The notes beneath the pieces are model-generated. The model made no database searches. It saw only the letters and a program-made list of their open reading frames with translations, and was not told where the DNA came from. From Escherichia phage 4MG: 64,000 nt of DNA. The stretch lies in the sequence record NC_022968.1. The stretch is one strand, 5' to 3'. The translations under genes were made by a program, and so were the position numbers. The stretch's first letter is position 1. The number at the start of each line of letters is the position of its first letter. This document shows, one piece after another, positions 45,943-55,127 of this stretch.

Positions 45943-45949
45943 ACGGTTT

Positions 45950-46774
45950 TCATTTCGGTTCCTTACCGAAAATATCTCTCCACATACAAATATCATAGCT
46001 CTTGTGGTGCGCCATCTCATACATCTGAATTTCTTCGTCTGTTGGATGCAAGATATCCATGAAAAGATGCTTTATATCTGAGGTGTTAAACGTTGAAGAA
46101 ACCCCGTCTATGGTGGTATGGATAGCCAGTTCACCATATGCCTTTGTCAGGTGGATACGGTCTTTACCATTCATGATGGTTACACGATCATCTTGCACTG
46201 CAATCCAACTATCCACACCGATAACCATATCACTTGGTGTGCTTGCATGGACCAAAAGCTCTATGACCGTGCTGGTTGGGATGATACTGTTCAGGTAATC
46301 CCTTTGCCACTCATTCCATCCACGCTCCTGGAGGCATCTACGCAATACAAAATCGCATCTAAGCTCGTTAGTGGCATCTCCAACGATATAGTTAAACTCA
46401 TCCGAGATCTCGGCTCTGTCCATTTTGTTGTCGAGGGATAAAATATCTTTTGCCATGTTATCAGCACGGCGAGCAACATTAATCAAGCTCCACGTCAAGG
46501 CCTCTATTTGACGTTCAAGCGCCTCAACGTAGGCTTGGTAATCAGCAATCTCAGAACTCTTTGCATAGGACTTAAGTTCTTCAAGCTCCGACGCGACCTT
46601 GCCCTTCTGCTTATCAAAGTCAGTTTCATCATCTGGATCACTTGAAAACTCAAGATATGATAGCTCATGCTCTGTGCTTTCATAGATCTTTTTCAGGTCT
46701 GTCTCGATGTCTGGGACATCAAACTTCTTTTTGTGGTGTGGGACGATCTCTGTTGTGTGAAATACTGTAGTCAT
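45950..46774 (-). CDS. hypothetical protein
   Basis: 274 aa ORF. Confidence 0.5.
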   Translation of the reverse strand: MTTVFHTTEIVPHHKKKFDVPDIETDLKKIYESTEHELSYLEFSSDPDDETDFDKQKGKVASELEELKSYAKSSEIADYQAYVEALERQIEALTWSLINVARRADNMAKDILSLDNKMDRAEISDEFNYIVGDATNELRCDFVLRRCLQERGWNEWQRDYLNSIIPTSTVIELLVHASTPSDMVIGVDSWIAVQDDRVTIMNGKDRIHLTKAYGELAIHTTIDGVSSTFNTSDIKHLFMDILHPTDEEIQMYEMAHHKSYDICMWRDIFGKEPK

Positions 46775-46896
46775 CTAAAAGCTCCTGTAAGCTCTTCTGA
46801 GCGTTTCTAATCAAAGGCTGTACGTTCGCCTACCTTACATGCTAAAAACCCCGTAGAACTCGATTGGTGAGCTTTACGGGGCATTGTGGTGTCATT

Positions 46897-47046
46897 TTAC
46901 TGACCGTGCTTCTGACTCATCTGATATTTCATCCAAGCCATGTTCATTTTGTGCTTCACATCGTATGTGATCGGGAGATTACCGAATAGAAAATAGCTCA
47001 GGTCATAAAGCTTCTCCCAAAATTTAAATATCAGTTTCTCTTTCAT
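46897..47046 (-). CDS. hypothetical small protein (49 aa)
   Basis: Below track cutoff; minus-strand AAGGAG RBS. Confidence 0.3.
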   Translation of the reverse strand: MKEKLIFKFWEKLYDLSYFLFGNLPITYDVKHKMNMAWMKYQMSQKHGQ

Positions 47047-47167
47047 CCTCGATCTCCTTCAGTAGTCGTTTTGCTTTCGCAAATATGAATCCTCTAGCTG
47101 AACCTCTTGGAGATGCATCGCACAACTCTTTCAGCATCTCATATAGTTTGGTTTCTTTATCTGTCAT

Positions 47168-47512
47168 TCACCCTCCGTTCTTTTCTATACCAAGGATCAT
47201 CCCCTGGAGTTGTTGTTTCATCGGGATCAATGCTGGGAAGTCGTCTACCCAGACATCCGGAACCCAACCCGCTTTTGCACAAACTGTAGCCTTCTGTACA
47301 CCACCACAGTAGATGATGTCAATGCCAAGTTTCTCAGCCCAGTATTCGATGTCTTCATTGCGATCCGTTTCATGTCGGAAGGTAACGAACTTCACCGACC
47401 AACCAGACCCACGAGAACAAAACAGGTGGACAAACTCAGCCCACCGTTGAGGGTCGAGGGTGAAGGTATCATCGAAGTCAAGCGCTATCCGCTTACTTTC
47501 AAATGGCTTCAC
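47168..47512 (-). CDS. small HAD-like protein
   Basis: IALDFDDTFT contains the DxDxT motif; GTG start. Confidence 0.4.
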   Translation of the reverse strand: MKPFESKRIALDFDDTFTLDPQRWAEFVHLFCSRGSGWSVKFVTFRHETDRNEDIEYWAEKLGIDIIYCGGVQKATVCAKAGWVPDVWVDDFPALIPMKQQLQGMILGIEKNGG

Positions 47513-47847
47513 AGCGCCCCCGGATCTGCATTCTCACAACGATCCCACTTGCCACACTTCTTATCAACGTAGTGCTCAAGGCGACGTTGGACTGTTTCTA
47601 CGATTGCTGGCATGTCATCCTCACGAGGATTAATGCAGTCCTGAAGTTCAAGCAGGAAGGCCAGATCGATTACACAGTTGATAACATCAGCAATCTCACC
47701 GATTGCAGGTTCATCGCAACGCCAAGGGCGATTAAGCGCTCTTGACAGTTCACCAACTTCCTCTACGAGATTCTTAAACACTGAATCAACAGTCCGGGCT
47801 TGCGCCCGAACCGAGGACTGGAGTACGCGTTCAGCGATTCCTGTCAT
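47509..47847 (-). CDS. MazG-like nucleotide pyrophosphohydrolase
   Basis: EEVGELSRAL ... EIADVINCVIDLA matches the MazG fold motif. Confidence 0.5.
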   Translation of the reverse strand: MTGIAERVLQSSVRAQARTVDSVFKNLVEEVGELSRALNRPWRCDEPAIGEIADVINCVIDLAFLLELQDCINPREDDMPAIVETVQRRLEHYVDKKCGKWDRCENADPGAL

Positions 47848-48491
47848 TTAGACTCCTTCTCCTTTGCCTTTTCTGCTTCGGCAGCTTTGGCAGAAGCATC
47901 AAGCTCTTCAGTGTACTTCTTGATTTGAGCATCAAGGTACTTGATCGTGCTATCAGCCAGTTGCTGAGTACGAGGTGACTCAACCACGTTCTGACCTACA
48001 TATGCTGCCAGCATCTTGTACGCAGTCTCTTTCTGAGGCATGAAGTTGGCATACAGAATACCGATGAAGCAAACAATCATGCCAAACACAGCGATCTTAC
48101 GTGGTCCTTTGGTCATATCACGCTTAGGAACAGGTTGTTGTTCTTGTTCACGGCGTGGCGGTGCAGTAACTTCGCCAAGAACTTCAAATCGCAGCCAACC
48201 GGAAGTCTCGCCATTTGGATACCGAACTTTCAAAGTTCCATCGTTATCGACGGTTGTGATTACCAGCACATCCCCAGTCTTTAAATTGATCCAGTCCTTA
48301 GTCAGGACAAGGTTCTGACCGAGATAGAAGCCGTAGCTCTCTTTTTTACCGTCAGTCTCTTCATAACATTTCTGGATAGCATACATGATCACATATGCTG
48401 CGCCAGCGATAAACATCAGGAAACCCCAACCGCTGTAAGTACCGTCAGTGGTGAGTACATCAATTAAGTAAATCAGAAAAGGCCATGACAT
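47844..48491 (-). CDS. membrane protein
   Basis: Multiple hydrophobic segments; Lys/Glu-rich C-terminus. Confidence 0.5.
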   Translation of the reverse strand: MSWPFLIYLIDVLTTDGTYSGWGFLMFIAGAAYVIMYAIQKCYEETDGKKESYGFYLGQNLVLTKDWINLKTGDVLVITTVDNDGTLKVRYPNGETSGWLRFEVLGEVTAPPRREQEQQPVPKRDMTKGPRKIAVFGMIVCFIGILYANFMPQKETAYKMLAAYVGQNVVESPRTQQLADSTIKYLDAQIKKYTEELDASAKAAEAEKAKEKESK

Positions 48492-48748
48492 CAGTTATTC
48501 TCCTCTACGTAAGAAACAGTTGTGGAAGGATCATTTTTACTTCCACCGTAATTTGTGTGGGTGGTTGAGTTAGGGCAGCGAACTACGTACAGAGTTCTCT
48601 GTCCACGCTCAGATGAAGACACCCGGTAAATATGACAATCCCGAAGACCATCTGGTAGTTCATAAATTCCAGTTTTTTCCTCTGAAGGATATGGACCACA
48701 ACCAGATAATATCATCGTAACAGCCAGCAATGCAAGAACTTTTCTCAC
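48491..48748 (-). CDS. lipoprotein
   Basis: Signal peptide MRKVLALLAVTMILSGC with lipobox LSGC. Confidence 0.55.
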   Translation of the reverse strand: MRKVLALLAVTMILSGCGPYPSEEKTGIYELPDGLRDCHIYRVSSSERGQRTLYVVRCPNSTTHTNYGGSKNDPSTTVSYVEENN

Positions 48749-48759
48749 TTAATTTCCCC

Positions 48760-48963
48760 TTACGGAATCTCAGCCTTTCGATTATCAACACACATGACAG
48801 TGGGGATAGGTTTGGTAGAGAAATCCTTGATCTTATCTTTGCCGTTGCAAAACTCAACAGCCCACTTGAATGCCCCTTCATCACGGCTAACGCCAGAAAA
48901 GACCACAGCAAAAACAAACAATGAAAGAAAAATACCAACCATAAAATAGTATGGATTACTCAT
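48760..48963 (-). CDS. small membrane protein
   Basis: Trimmed start; one hydrophobic segment. Confidence 0.4.
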   Translation of the reverse strand: MSNPYYFMVGIFLSLFVFAVVFSGVSRDEGAFKWAVEFCNGKDKIKDFSTKPIPTVMCVDNRKAEIP

Positions 48964-49232
48964 GTTGTTGTCGGCTCCGCGCCGCCCCCAGTTGATTCGT
49001 CGCATTTAGAAGCTCCTGTCGCCCATGCCTCCGAGCACATTGAACTTCCACACACATCTGAAGTGACTCACATCACTTCCTCTTGGAACTAACTATACAC
49101 TAACAAATCTTTAGATCAAGTGTTTTTTATAAAGATCTTATTTTTATTTGTTTATATCTTTATTATTTAGTTCTTTATTATATCGTAGGTCGTTTTTGTC
49201 ACCCCTCCACCTACGTTTTTGGCAGGGGTTGG

Positions 49233-49529
49233 TTACTTCTTAATCAGTTCATCAAGAGGAATGTACAGACTGGTTTTGCCGGGTCTTTCTACCACTTCGA
49301 GGTAACCTAGTGCCTCTAAAGTTTTAAGAGACCTCTGTACACTTCGTGGGCTAACACTAGTTGCTTCCGCAATGGTGTTAACTGACTCTACAAACTCTGC
49401 TCCCTTGCTCTGGAAGAACTGCCACCTGAACTTAATATACAGGTAGACCCGGAGGTCTGTTGACGAGACCTCCGGATTTGACAGGATTCCATACGAGCAT
49501 AAAACACTGAAAGACTTATCTATTCTCAT
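49233..49529 (-). CDS. helix-turn-helix DNA-binding protein
   Basis: IAEATSVSPRSVQRSLKTLEALGYL resembles a winged-helix HTH. Confidence 0.45.
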   Translation of the reverse strand: MRIDKSFSVLCSYGILSNPEVSSTDLRVYLYIKFRWQFFQSKGAEFVESVNTIAEATSVSPRSVQRSLKTLEALGYLEVVERPGKTSLYIPLDELIKK

Positions 49530-49912
49530 GCTGTCTCCAGATAGTCTTTCAGATATTCGATGACGTAGCTACGTGCATAGTTCTCATCAGCATCGTTATG
49601 CCACATTTTAGTGACAACACCAGTCAATTTGTATAGTGAACGTTCAAAATGGTTCATCCCCGGAAGAATACTCACCATAAAATCCTCTTCCTCACTAATT
49701 TCAAGAGGATTAACAGTGAAGTCTGGTTGAACTAGTGTCTCCCAGGCTCCATTTTTGAACCGTTTTAAGGTCAAGGCACGACGATTTGAAGAGGTAAGAT
49801 ACTCAGAGTAGTCATCCCCCTGGTGAAAACCGATCCTGACCATAGCCCCACTGTACATAAAATCAACATCCACAGTGAGGCGCTCTACCTTCAGCCTATT
49901 TTGCGTGTTCAT
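49526..49912 (-). CDS. hypothetical protein
   Basis: ATGA overlap. Confidence 0.45.
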   Translation of the reverse strand: MNTQNRLKVERLTVDVDFMYSGAMVRIGFHQGDDYSEYLTSSNRRALTLKRFKNGAWETLVQPDFTVNPLEISEEEDFMVSILPGMNHFERSLYKLTGVVTKMWHNDADENYARSYVIEYLKDYLETA

Positions 49913-51332
49913 CTAAGTCAACAGCCCTCCCAAATGGTGGGTCGTACTTGGATTTGTTACGTCCACACAGCACCCACAACGTATCCCACTTCTTACCCCA
50001 GTCTTTTTTGCGTGAGGTAAGGTCTTCAATGTACCCATCAGTGAAGATTATCACATCTTTTGCATCAGGGATATTCTTTTCGATGTATTCAAAGGCAACA
50101 CCAGCGCGTGTACCACCTGTGGAAGTCACATTATAGTCCAGCATCTCCTTGATGTTATCCTGTGTGTACACTTTCACTTCCCCAACCATCGTAGACCAGC
50201 AGAAAAGTGTTACCCGGAAGCACTTATACAGGGTGCACAGGCCAATAATCTCATTGAATATCCTGGTCATGGTCTGTCTGCTGATAGAACCCGACACATC
50301 GAAGCATACAACGATGTCGATTGTCTCAGATTGCTTCCTTCCCGGAAGAATAATGCTCTGTTTGTGGGTGATTGCCCCATAATTACGCAGTACCTGGGTC
50401 ACCGAGCCAGACCTACGAGCGGGTTTACGGTACGAAAGGTGCGACCTCACACGAGAAACCATACGTTGTTTAATGATTTTCATGTAGTCAATGTGTGGTT
50501 TCCGCATTCTTGCAATCAATTCCCGCGCTTCTTTCGGCCCTTCACCCCCGGCAGCACTCATTGCAGCATCAATCAGCCCAGCAGACCACGCAAGATTCTC
50601 ATCTTTGGCGATTGGGCCGAGGCTTGGGTGCGGGTCTACATACCCAAGGATGTCACGCTCAGGGTCATAATCCCCGATATGTGTACCCATAGGGTTGCCA
50701 GTAACCGCTTTCCCATTGTAGATCATCTCGTAAATTTCTTCTGCTGTCTTGTTTTGGAATGCAAAATCACAATAGCAGTAGGCAAGGAATCCAAATTCTT
50801 TGTCTTTATTGAACTTAGTTTGCGCCCCCAGAGGGAAGAACTTCAGGGTTTTATTCCTTGGCCCCAAGTCTCCAGCCACCAAATCTGTGTTGATGTACTG
50901 ATCCGCTGCGATATTGTACATCTTGGAGTTGAAGCTTTTACCACGGGCCATATGGTCGTTGGTGATATGGCGTATTTCATGCATGAGAATAACCACCACT
51001 TCTTTTGGTGTTTTCTTGCGATAGAATACGTCTACATACGTCTTGTAATCATCCTTCTGTTGTTGTGTCATTGTTGGATGATTGTCAATACGATCAAACA
51101 CTTTCTTTTTGCGCTCTGCTGGCATACCCATAATGAACTCAGGGTTGTAATACAGATTACGATGGTCTGTTGCAGCCGTTGGCAACCAACGCCAGTCAGC
51201 GATGATCGGTAAAGAACTCAGCAAAGTTCCGTAAAATGGGCGATGTTGCAGCAATGCAATACGTGCTGACTGAATTAGTTTTAGCGCTTCATCTTGAAGC
51301 TTAGAGATCATCTCAGATTCATCTTTGTACAC
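49896..51332 (-). CDS. metallopeptidase-like / von Willebrand factor A domain protein (DUF2201-like architecture)
   Basis: HEIRH (HExxH) in N-terminal half; DVSGSI (MIDAS DxSxS) in C-terminal half; start set at GTG with GGAG RBS. Confidence 0.55.
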   Translation of the reverse strand: MYKDESEMISKLQDEALKLIQSARIALLQHRPFYGTLLSSLPIIADWRWLPTAATDHRNLYYNPEFIMGMPAERKKKVFDRIDNHPTMTQQQKDDYKTYVDVFYRKKTPKEVVVILMHEIRHITNDHMARGKSFNSKMYNIAADQYINTDLVAGDLGPRNKTLKFFPLGAQTKFNKDKEFGFLAYCYCDFAFQNKTAEEIYEMIYNGKAVTGNPMGTHIGDYDPERDILGYVDPHPSLGPIAKDENLAWSAGLIDAAMSAAGGEGPKEARELIARMRKPHIDYMKIIKQRMVSRVRSHLSYRKPARRSGSVTQVLRNYGAITHKQSIILPGRKQSETIDIVVCFDVSGSISRQTMTRIFNEIIGLCTLYKCFRVTLFCWSTMVGEVKVYTQDNIKEMLDYNVTSTGGTRAGVAFEYIEKNIPDAKDVIIFTDGYIEDLTSRKKDWGKKWDTLWVLCGRNKSKYDPPFGRAVDLDEHAK

Positions 51333-51344
51333 AGTTATCTCCAA

Positions 51345-51372
51345 ATAAAAAAGGCCATCTATATGATGGCCT
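51345..51372 (-). terminator. rho-independent terminator (minus strand)
   Basis: Minus-strand GGCCATCATATAGATGGCC followed by TTTTTTATTT. Confidence 0.65.
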
Positions 51373-51381
51373 GATTATAAT

Positions 51382-51645
51382 TCACTCTTCTACAGGATGC
51401 AAGAACTTTTGTGGTAAAAAGTGATCAAGCCCTTCTATTCTGAAACACCAGGCCAACTGAGCACCAGGAGCACCGGGGAAATGTGGGATAGCAAACAAGA
51501 CAATCCCATCAACTTTTCCAATTACGAGTCGCCCCATAGAGGTTGTTGATACCTTTTGACCGAACTTGATATCCGGAATAAAGCCTGCATCCAACATTTT
51601 CTTTTCAGGAGCCGACGCGGGTCGGCCCAGCATTTCTTCGTACAT
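51382..51645 (-). CDS. hypothetical protein
   Basis: TAATG overlap with upstream gene. Confidence 0.45.
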   Translation of the reverse strand: MYEEMLGRPASAPEKKMLDAGFIPDIKFGQKVSTTSMGRLVIGKVDGIVLFAIPHFPGAPGAQLAWCFRIEGLDHFLPQKFLHPVEE

Positions 51646-52577
51646 TACACCACCTTGTTGAGCATCGCAGCAATCTTAGGCAGGCCCATCTCTGTCTGAA
51701 TGATCAGTTGGGTCAGCGCCTTTTCCATTTTCTTCGACACAATGATGAAGTTGTCTTTAGCAAAACCAACTTTAAGGTCCATAATCAGGATCGCCTTTGG
51801 TTCACCAGACAGCTTCTCTCCGGTCAGAGAGCAGGTATTGCGAATATACTTCGCTTTGAACTGTGCATAGGTCACAGAAACGTTCATACCAGCGTCGGAG
51901 AATGTCTTGCAGTAGTTGGCGTAGGCCAGCGCTACAGCAACATCATCAGGCAGTTTTTGCTTCTCTTCCGCTGGTGCTGTAGTTTCTTCTGCAACCGGAG
52001 GCTGTTTATGGAAGTGCTGTTCAGCAAGTTCCATTGCGGAAGACGCGGTGCGCTCTTTAGGTTCCGGGTGACGTGGAAAATCTTCTGCAACAACAGGTTT
52101 TTCTACAACTTCTGAAGTATCTACTGGCATTTCTTTCTCCTCTTTTGGAATATATTTGGTTTTCAGTTTTTCCATGTGCTCTTTTGACATGTTGAGCATC
52201 ATTGCTTGTACGATTTCACGGTCAAGTGGCTCAATTATAGTGATTGCCGTCTTCTTGTCAACCAAACAATCTTTCAGTTCGTTAGCACGTTGAAGAACAA
52301 CACAGACGTTACCACGTACATAACCCTTCTTATCGTTGATACGCTCAACGGTTGGGTACAGCGGGTCTTTTTCACCATGCACAGAGCGCATACTGAAGTC
52401 CATATTGGTATAGTCACATTTACCCATACCAAGAAGCTTTTCACCCATCATGAACCAGTCATCAAGGGTCAGACTGAATTCCAGGCCACGTTTCTTTGTG
52501 CGTTCAACCTTTTTACGGTAACGTTCCTCTAGACTTTTGATCTCACTGGCGGTAAATTTCTTTTTCACATCAAACAT
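51645..52577 (-). CDS. hypothetical protein with degenerate HNH_3-like segment
   Basis: ERINDKKGYVRGNVCVVLQRANELK resembles the C-terminal half of HNH_3; minus-strand AAGGAG RBS. Confidence 0.45.
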   Translation of the reverse strand: MFDVKKKFTASEIKSLEERYRKKVERTKKRGLEFSLTLDDWFMMGEKLLGMGKCDYTNMDFSMRSVHGEKDPLYPTVERINDKKGYVRGNVCVVLQRANELKDCLVDKKTAITIIEPLDREIVQAMMLNMSKEHMEKLKTKYIPKEEKEMPVDTSEVVEKPVVAEDFPRHPEPKERTASSAMELAEQHFHKQPPVAEETTAPAEEKQKLPDDVAVALAYANYCKTFSDAGMNVSVTYAQFKAKYIRNTCSLTGEKLSGEPKAILIMDLKVGFAKDNFIIVSKKMEKALTQLIIQTEMGLPKIAAMLNKVV

Positions 52578-52647
52578 TTTCTACTCCTTGGGTTATTCCC
52601 GTTCTTGTTGGGAGAATTATCCTGGATTGTGTCCCCACTGTCAACAC

Positions 52648-52676
52648 TTGATTTCAAAATTTTTACAGTGTATGCT
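52648..52676 (+). promoter_or_regulatory. sigma70-type promoter
   Basis: TTGATT - 17 nt - TATGCT, then GAGGAA RBS and ATG at 52708. Confidence 0.55.
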
Positions 52677-52707
52677 TTCTATACATTCAGTAAGCAGAGG
52701 AATAAAA

Positions 52708-53739
52708 ATGAGTAAGTTTAACGTTGATGTGCGACCCGTGTCTGTCCCAAAAGTGACTGCGGATATAGACTGGAGCCTGTTGAAAGATGACCAAACAACC
52801 CGTGACATGCTGGAACAGCTACAGAGAGAAAGGGAGTATCGACAAATGGCAATGATAGGTATGTGGGAAAACCCACGAGCCAGTAAGGATGAGTTTATCT
52901 CCCGTTTGCAACCCAAGATGGTGGAGGATAATCCTTTCGTAGAACTGCTCAGAGAACTTGTTGATAGGGTTGATGTCAGAGATGGCCCATATTCATGGTT
53001 ATGGGGGACATATGAAGACCGCCGTGGTGGTATGGACAGACGCCAAATGGCAAGATTAGAAGTAGAAATAAGAGAAAGAAACCCTTCCTCAAGCCCTTTT
53101 GAGCGCGCGCCGGGTGAGGATGTATCACGGGGTAGTGTTATCGCTTCTATTCGTGGTCATGGTGATGGTGCAGCGCTTATTGATAGTCATAACTGGCGTT
53201 TGTCTTCACGCACAAGGAACTTTCTCTCTATCTTGAAGCCACTGATCCGGCAAATGGGCCGCTGTGAGCCTGACCTGGTGATAAAGGCAGATTTCAGAAG
53301 GTATAGTGCCAGTACATCGAGCTTTATGCAGCCGCGCTCTGATATCGACCTGCTGGGTATTTCTTTAACCATTGGCGACCTGCTTGTATATTGTGATTTC
53401 AGAGATCGTGATAATTTTGATGTACACTGCAATCACATTGGACACAGTGTTTTCCATTTGCGTGACCAAGGTGTAAGGGTGCAGAATGCTCGTGAGGCGA
53501 TGTTGATTTGCAATAAATATGAAACGCTCTTCACTTTTAAGTGGGACGAACGTCTGAGAAACATGATGGCAGGTGAATCTCCAACGGAAGATGAACTGCT
53601 AATGATGGAAATGGCTGGTTATAAAGATGAATTTTGGCTTGACAAGATAGATTACTTTGATACACTCAAGATCAAACCTTTTAACATGATGGAGCAATCA
53701 CGATGGTACGAACAAACAATTCCTCGATTCCAGTTTTAA
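52708..53739 (+). CDS. hypothetical protein
   Basis: 343 aa, trimmed start. Confidence 0.5.
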   Translation: MSKFNVDVRPVSVPKVTADIDWSLLKDDQTTRDMLEQLQREREYRQMAMIGMWENPRASKDEFISRLQPKMVEDNPFVELLRELVDRVDVRDGPYSWLWGTYEDRRGGMDRRQMARLEVEIRERNPSSSPFERAPGEDVSRGSVIASIRGHGDGAALIDSHNWRLSSRTRNFLSILKPLIRQMGRCEPDLVIKADFRRYSASTSSFMQPRSDIDLLGISLTIGDLLVYCDFRDRDNFDVHCNHIGHSVFHLRDQGVRVQNAREAMLICNKYETLFTFKWDERLRNMMAGESPTEDELLMMEMAGYKDEFWLDKIDYFDTLKIKPFNMMEQSRWYEQTIPRFQF

Positions 53740-54212
53740 CCCCGGCACAAGAACTCGCTTTAGCGATTAAAATTGCAGCAGAAGGCCACCTGAATCAGAA
53801 AGATAAGGGTGGTAACCCGTATATTCTTCACCCGCTGAAGGTGATGCACTACCTGAAGACCGATGATTTTCAGCTTATGGCTATCGCCGCGCTTCATGAT
53901 GTGGTTGAAGACACCGATGTTACCGCTTCGGATCTGGTAATGCTGGGCTTCTCGAATCGTGTGAAGGATGCTGTGGTTCTTCTGACGAAAACCCCTAATC
54001 AGACACCGGAAGAGTATTTTAACCGCCTAGCCCAAAACTACGATGCGGTACGTGTGAAGCTTGCAGACCTGCGCCATAACTCTGATGTTCGTCGTCTGAA
54101 AGGGCTGACGGATAAAGATTTGTTGCGTGTTCGTAAGTATCACGACATGTACCTTCGTCTGACAAAGATGAAAGAACACCATGAAGCAATCAATATGTTG
54201 TCGCAACTATGA
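53703..54212 (+). CDS. HD-domain (p)ppGpp hydrolase-like protein (small alarmone hydrolase)
   Basis: HLNQKDKGGNPYILHP ... AALHDVVEDT ... LADLRHN match the RelA/SpoT hydrolase motifs. Confidence 0.6.
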   Translation: MVRTNNSSIPVLTPAQELALAIKIAAEGHLNQKDKGGNPYILHPLKVMHYLKTDDFQLMAIAALHDVVEDTDVTASDLVMLGFSNRVKDAVVLLTKTPNQTPEEYFNRLAQNYDAVRVKLADLRHNSDVRRLKGLTDKDLLRVRKYHDMYLRLTKMKEHHEAINMLSQL

Positions 54213-54562
54213 ACCTCTTGACACTGCTCCGCACAAACAAGTATACTCAGAAACAGATGGGGTTCCTGCTGGGAATTCCCTCGTGGAAAGTGAGTAAGCT
54301 CGTTCTCAAGCTTGAGAGCCGTGGTTACATACAGGTTAATCGTAGATACAAACTGAGTGGTCCAGTGTCAAGACCTTTTTTGATTTACGATCAGAATCTT
54401 TACAAAGTGACTCTATACAGGAGCAAAGAATGTCCAGAAATCAAGGTTACACCCACAAAGGAACAGTCCAGAAGCCGCGACTCGGTTGGGCGTGGACTGA
54501 GAAACTTCGCGAAACATCTCGTTACTGGATGTCTTACCAGCATTCGGAGACCGGAAAGGTAG
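54209..54562 (+). CDS. hypothetical protein (3' end overlaps next ORF)
   Basis: ATGA overlap with upstream gene. Confidence 0.35.
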   Translation: MNLLTLLRTNKYTQKQMGFLLGIPSWKVSKLVLKLESRGYIQVNRRYKLSGPVSRPFLIYDQNLYKVTLYRSKECPEIKVTPTKEQSRSRDSVGRGLRNFAKHLVTGCLTSIRRPER

Positions 54563-54642
54563 TGAAGTACCGTAAAACTGACGGTAAAGTTGTGGGTGGT
54601 GAAGACTACCTTGATCTCGAATCCATTAAGGAGCTTAAATGA
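54430..54642 (+). CDS. hypothetical protein
   Basis: CAGGAGCAAAGA RBS; overlaps previous ORF in another frame. Confidence 0.4.
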   Translation: MSRNQGYTHKGTVQKPRLGWAWTEKLRETSRYWMSYQHSETGKVVKYRKTDGKVVGGEDYLDLESIKELK

Positions 54643-55127
54643 ATATCAAATCAAGCAAACAGCTTTACGAAGAGCACCTTGAAAAAGGTACACCACTTGA
54701 GAACATCCTCAAGGTTATGGTCAACAGGGCTGATCGTTATCAGAACTATTACAACGATATGAAGATCCGTGCAAAGAACTACGAAAAGCAATATGATGAC
54801 CTGCTTCGTAGTTCTGGACGGCTTATCACTGTTAAGGTTGATCATATAGCACAGGACAACTGGGTGTCATACACCTGGTACAAGCACAACAAATATCGCT
54901 GGAACGGTAAATGCTGGCACAAAACTGATGATAAAGGGCCGCATTACAATGCAAAACACTACCAAGGGAAGTTTACTGTGGATATTCTTCTTTCAGAAGA
55001 AGATATGCCAGAAGTTTTCGTTGGTAAATGCACGGGTAGTGTCTTCGGAGAAAAGGTGATCACAGCCAAAGGGCATATGATCGGGTACGGTGATGAATTT
55101 GAATTGAGGAAAATAACCAATGGCTAA
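54639..55127 (+). CDS. hypothetical protein
   Basis: ATGA overlap. Confidence 0.5.
   Translation: MNIKSSKQLYEEHLEKGTPLENILKVMVNRADRYQNYYNDMKIRAKNYEKQYDDLLRSSGRLITVKVDHIAQDNWVSYTWYKHNKYRWNGKCWHKTDDKGPHYNAKHYQGKFTVDILLSEEDMPEVFVGKCTGSVFGEKVITAKGHMIGYGDEFELRKITNG

Noticed and set aside
50331-51212. 293 aa plus-strand ORF
   Set aside because: Antisense to the metallopeptidase-vWA gene; no recognisable motifs or RBS.
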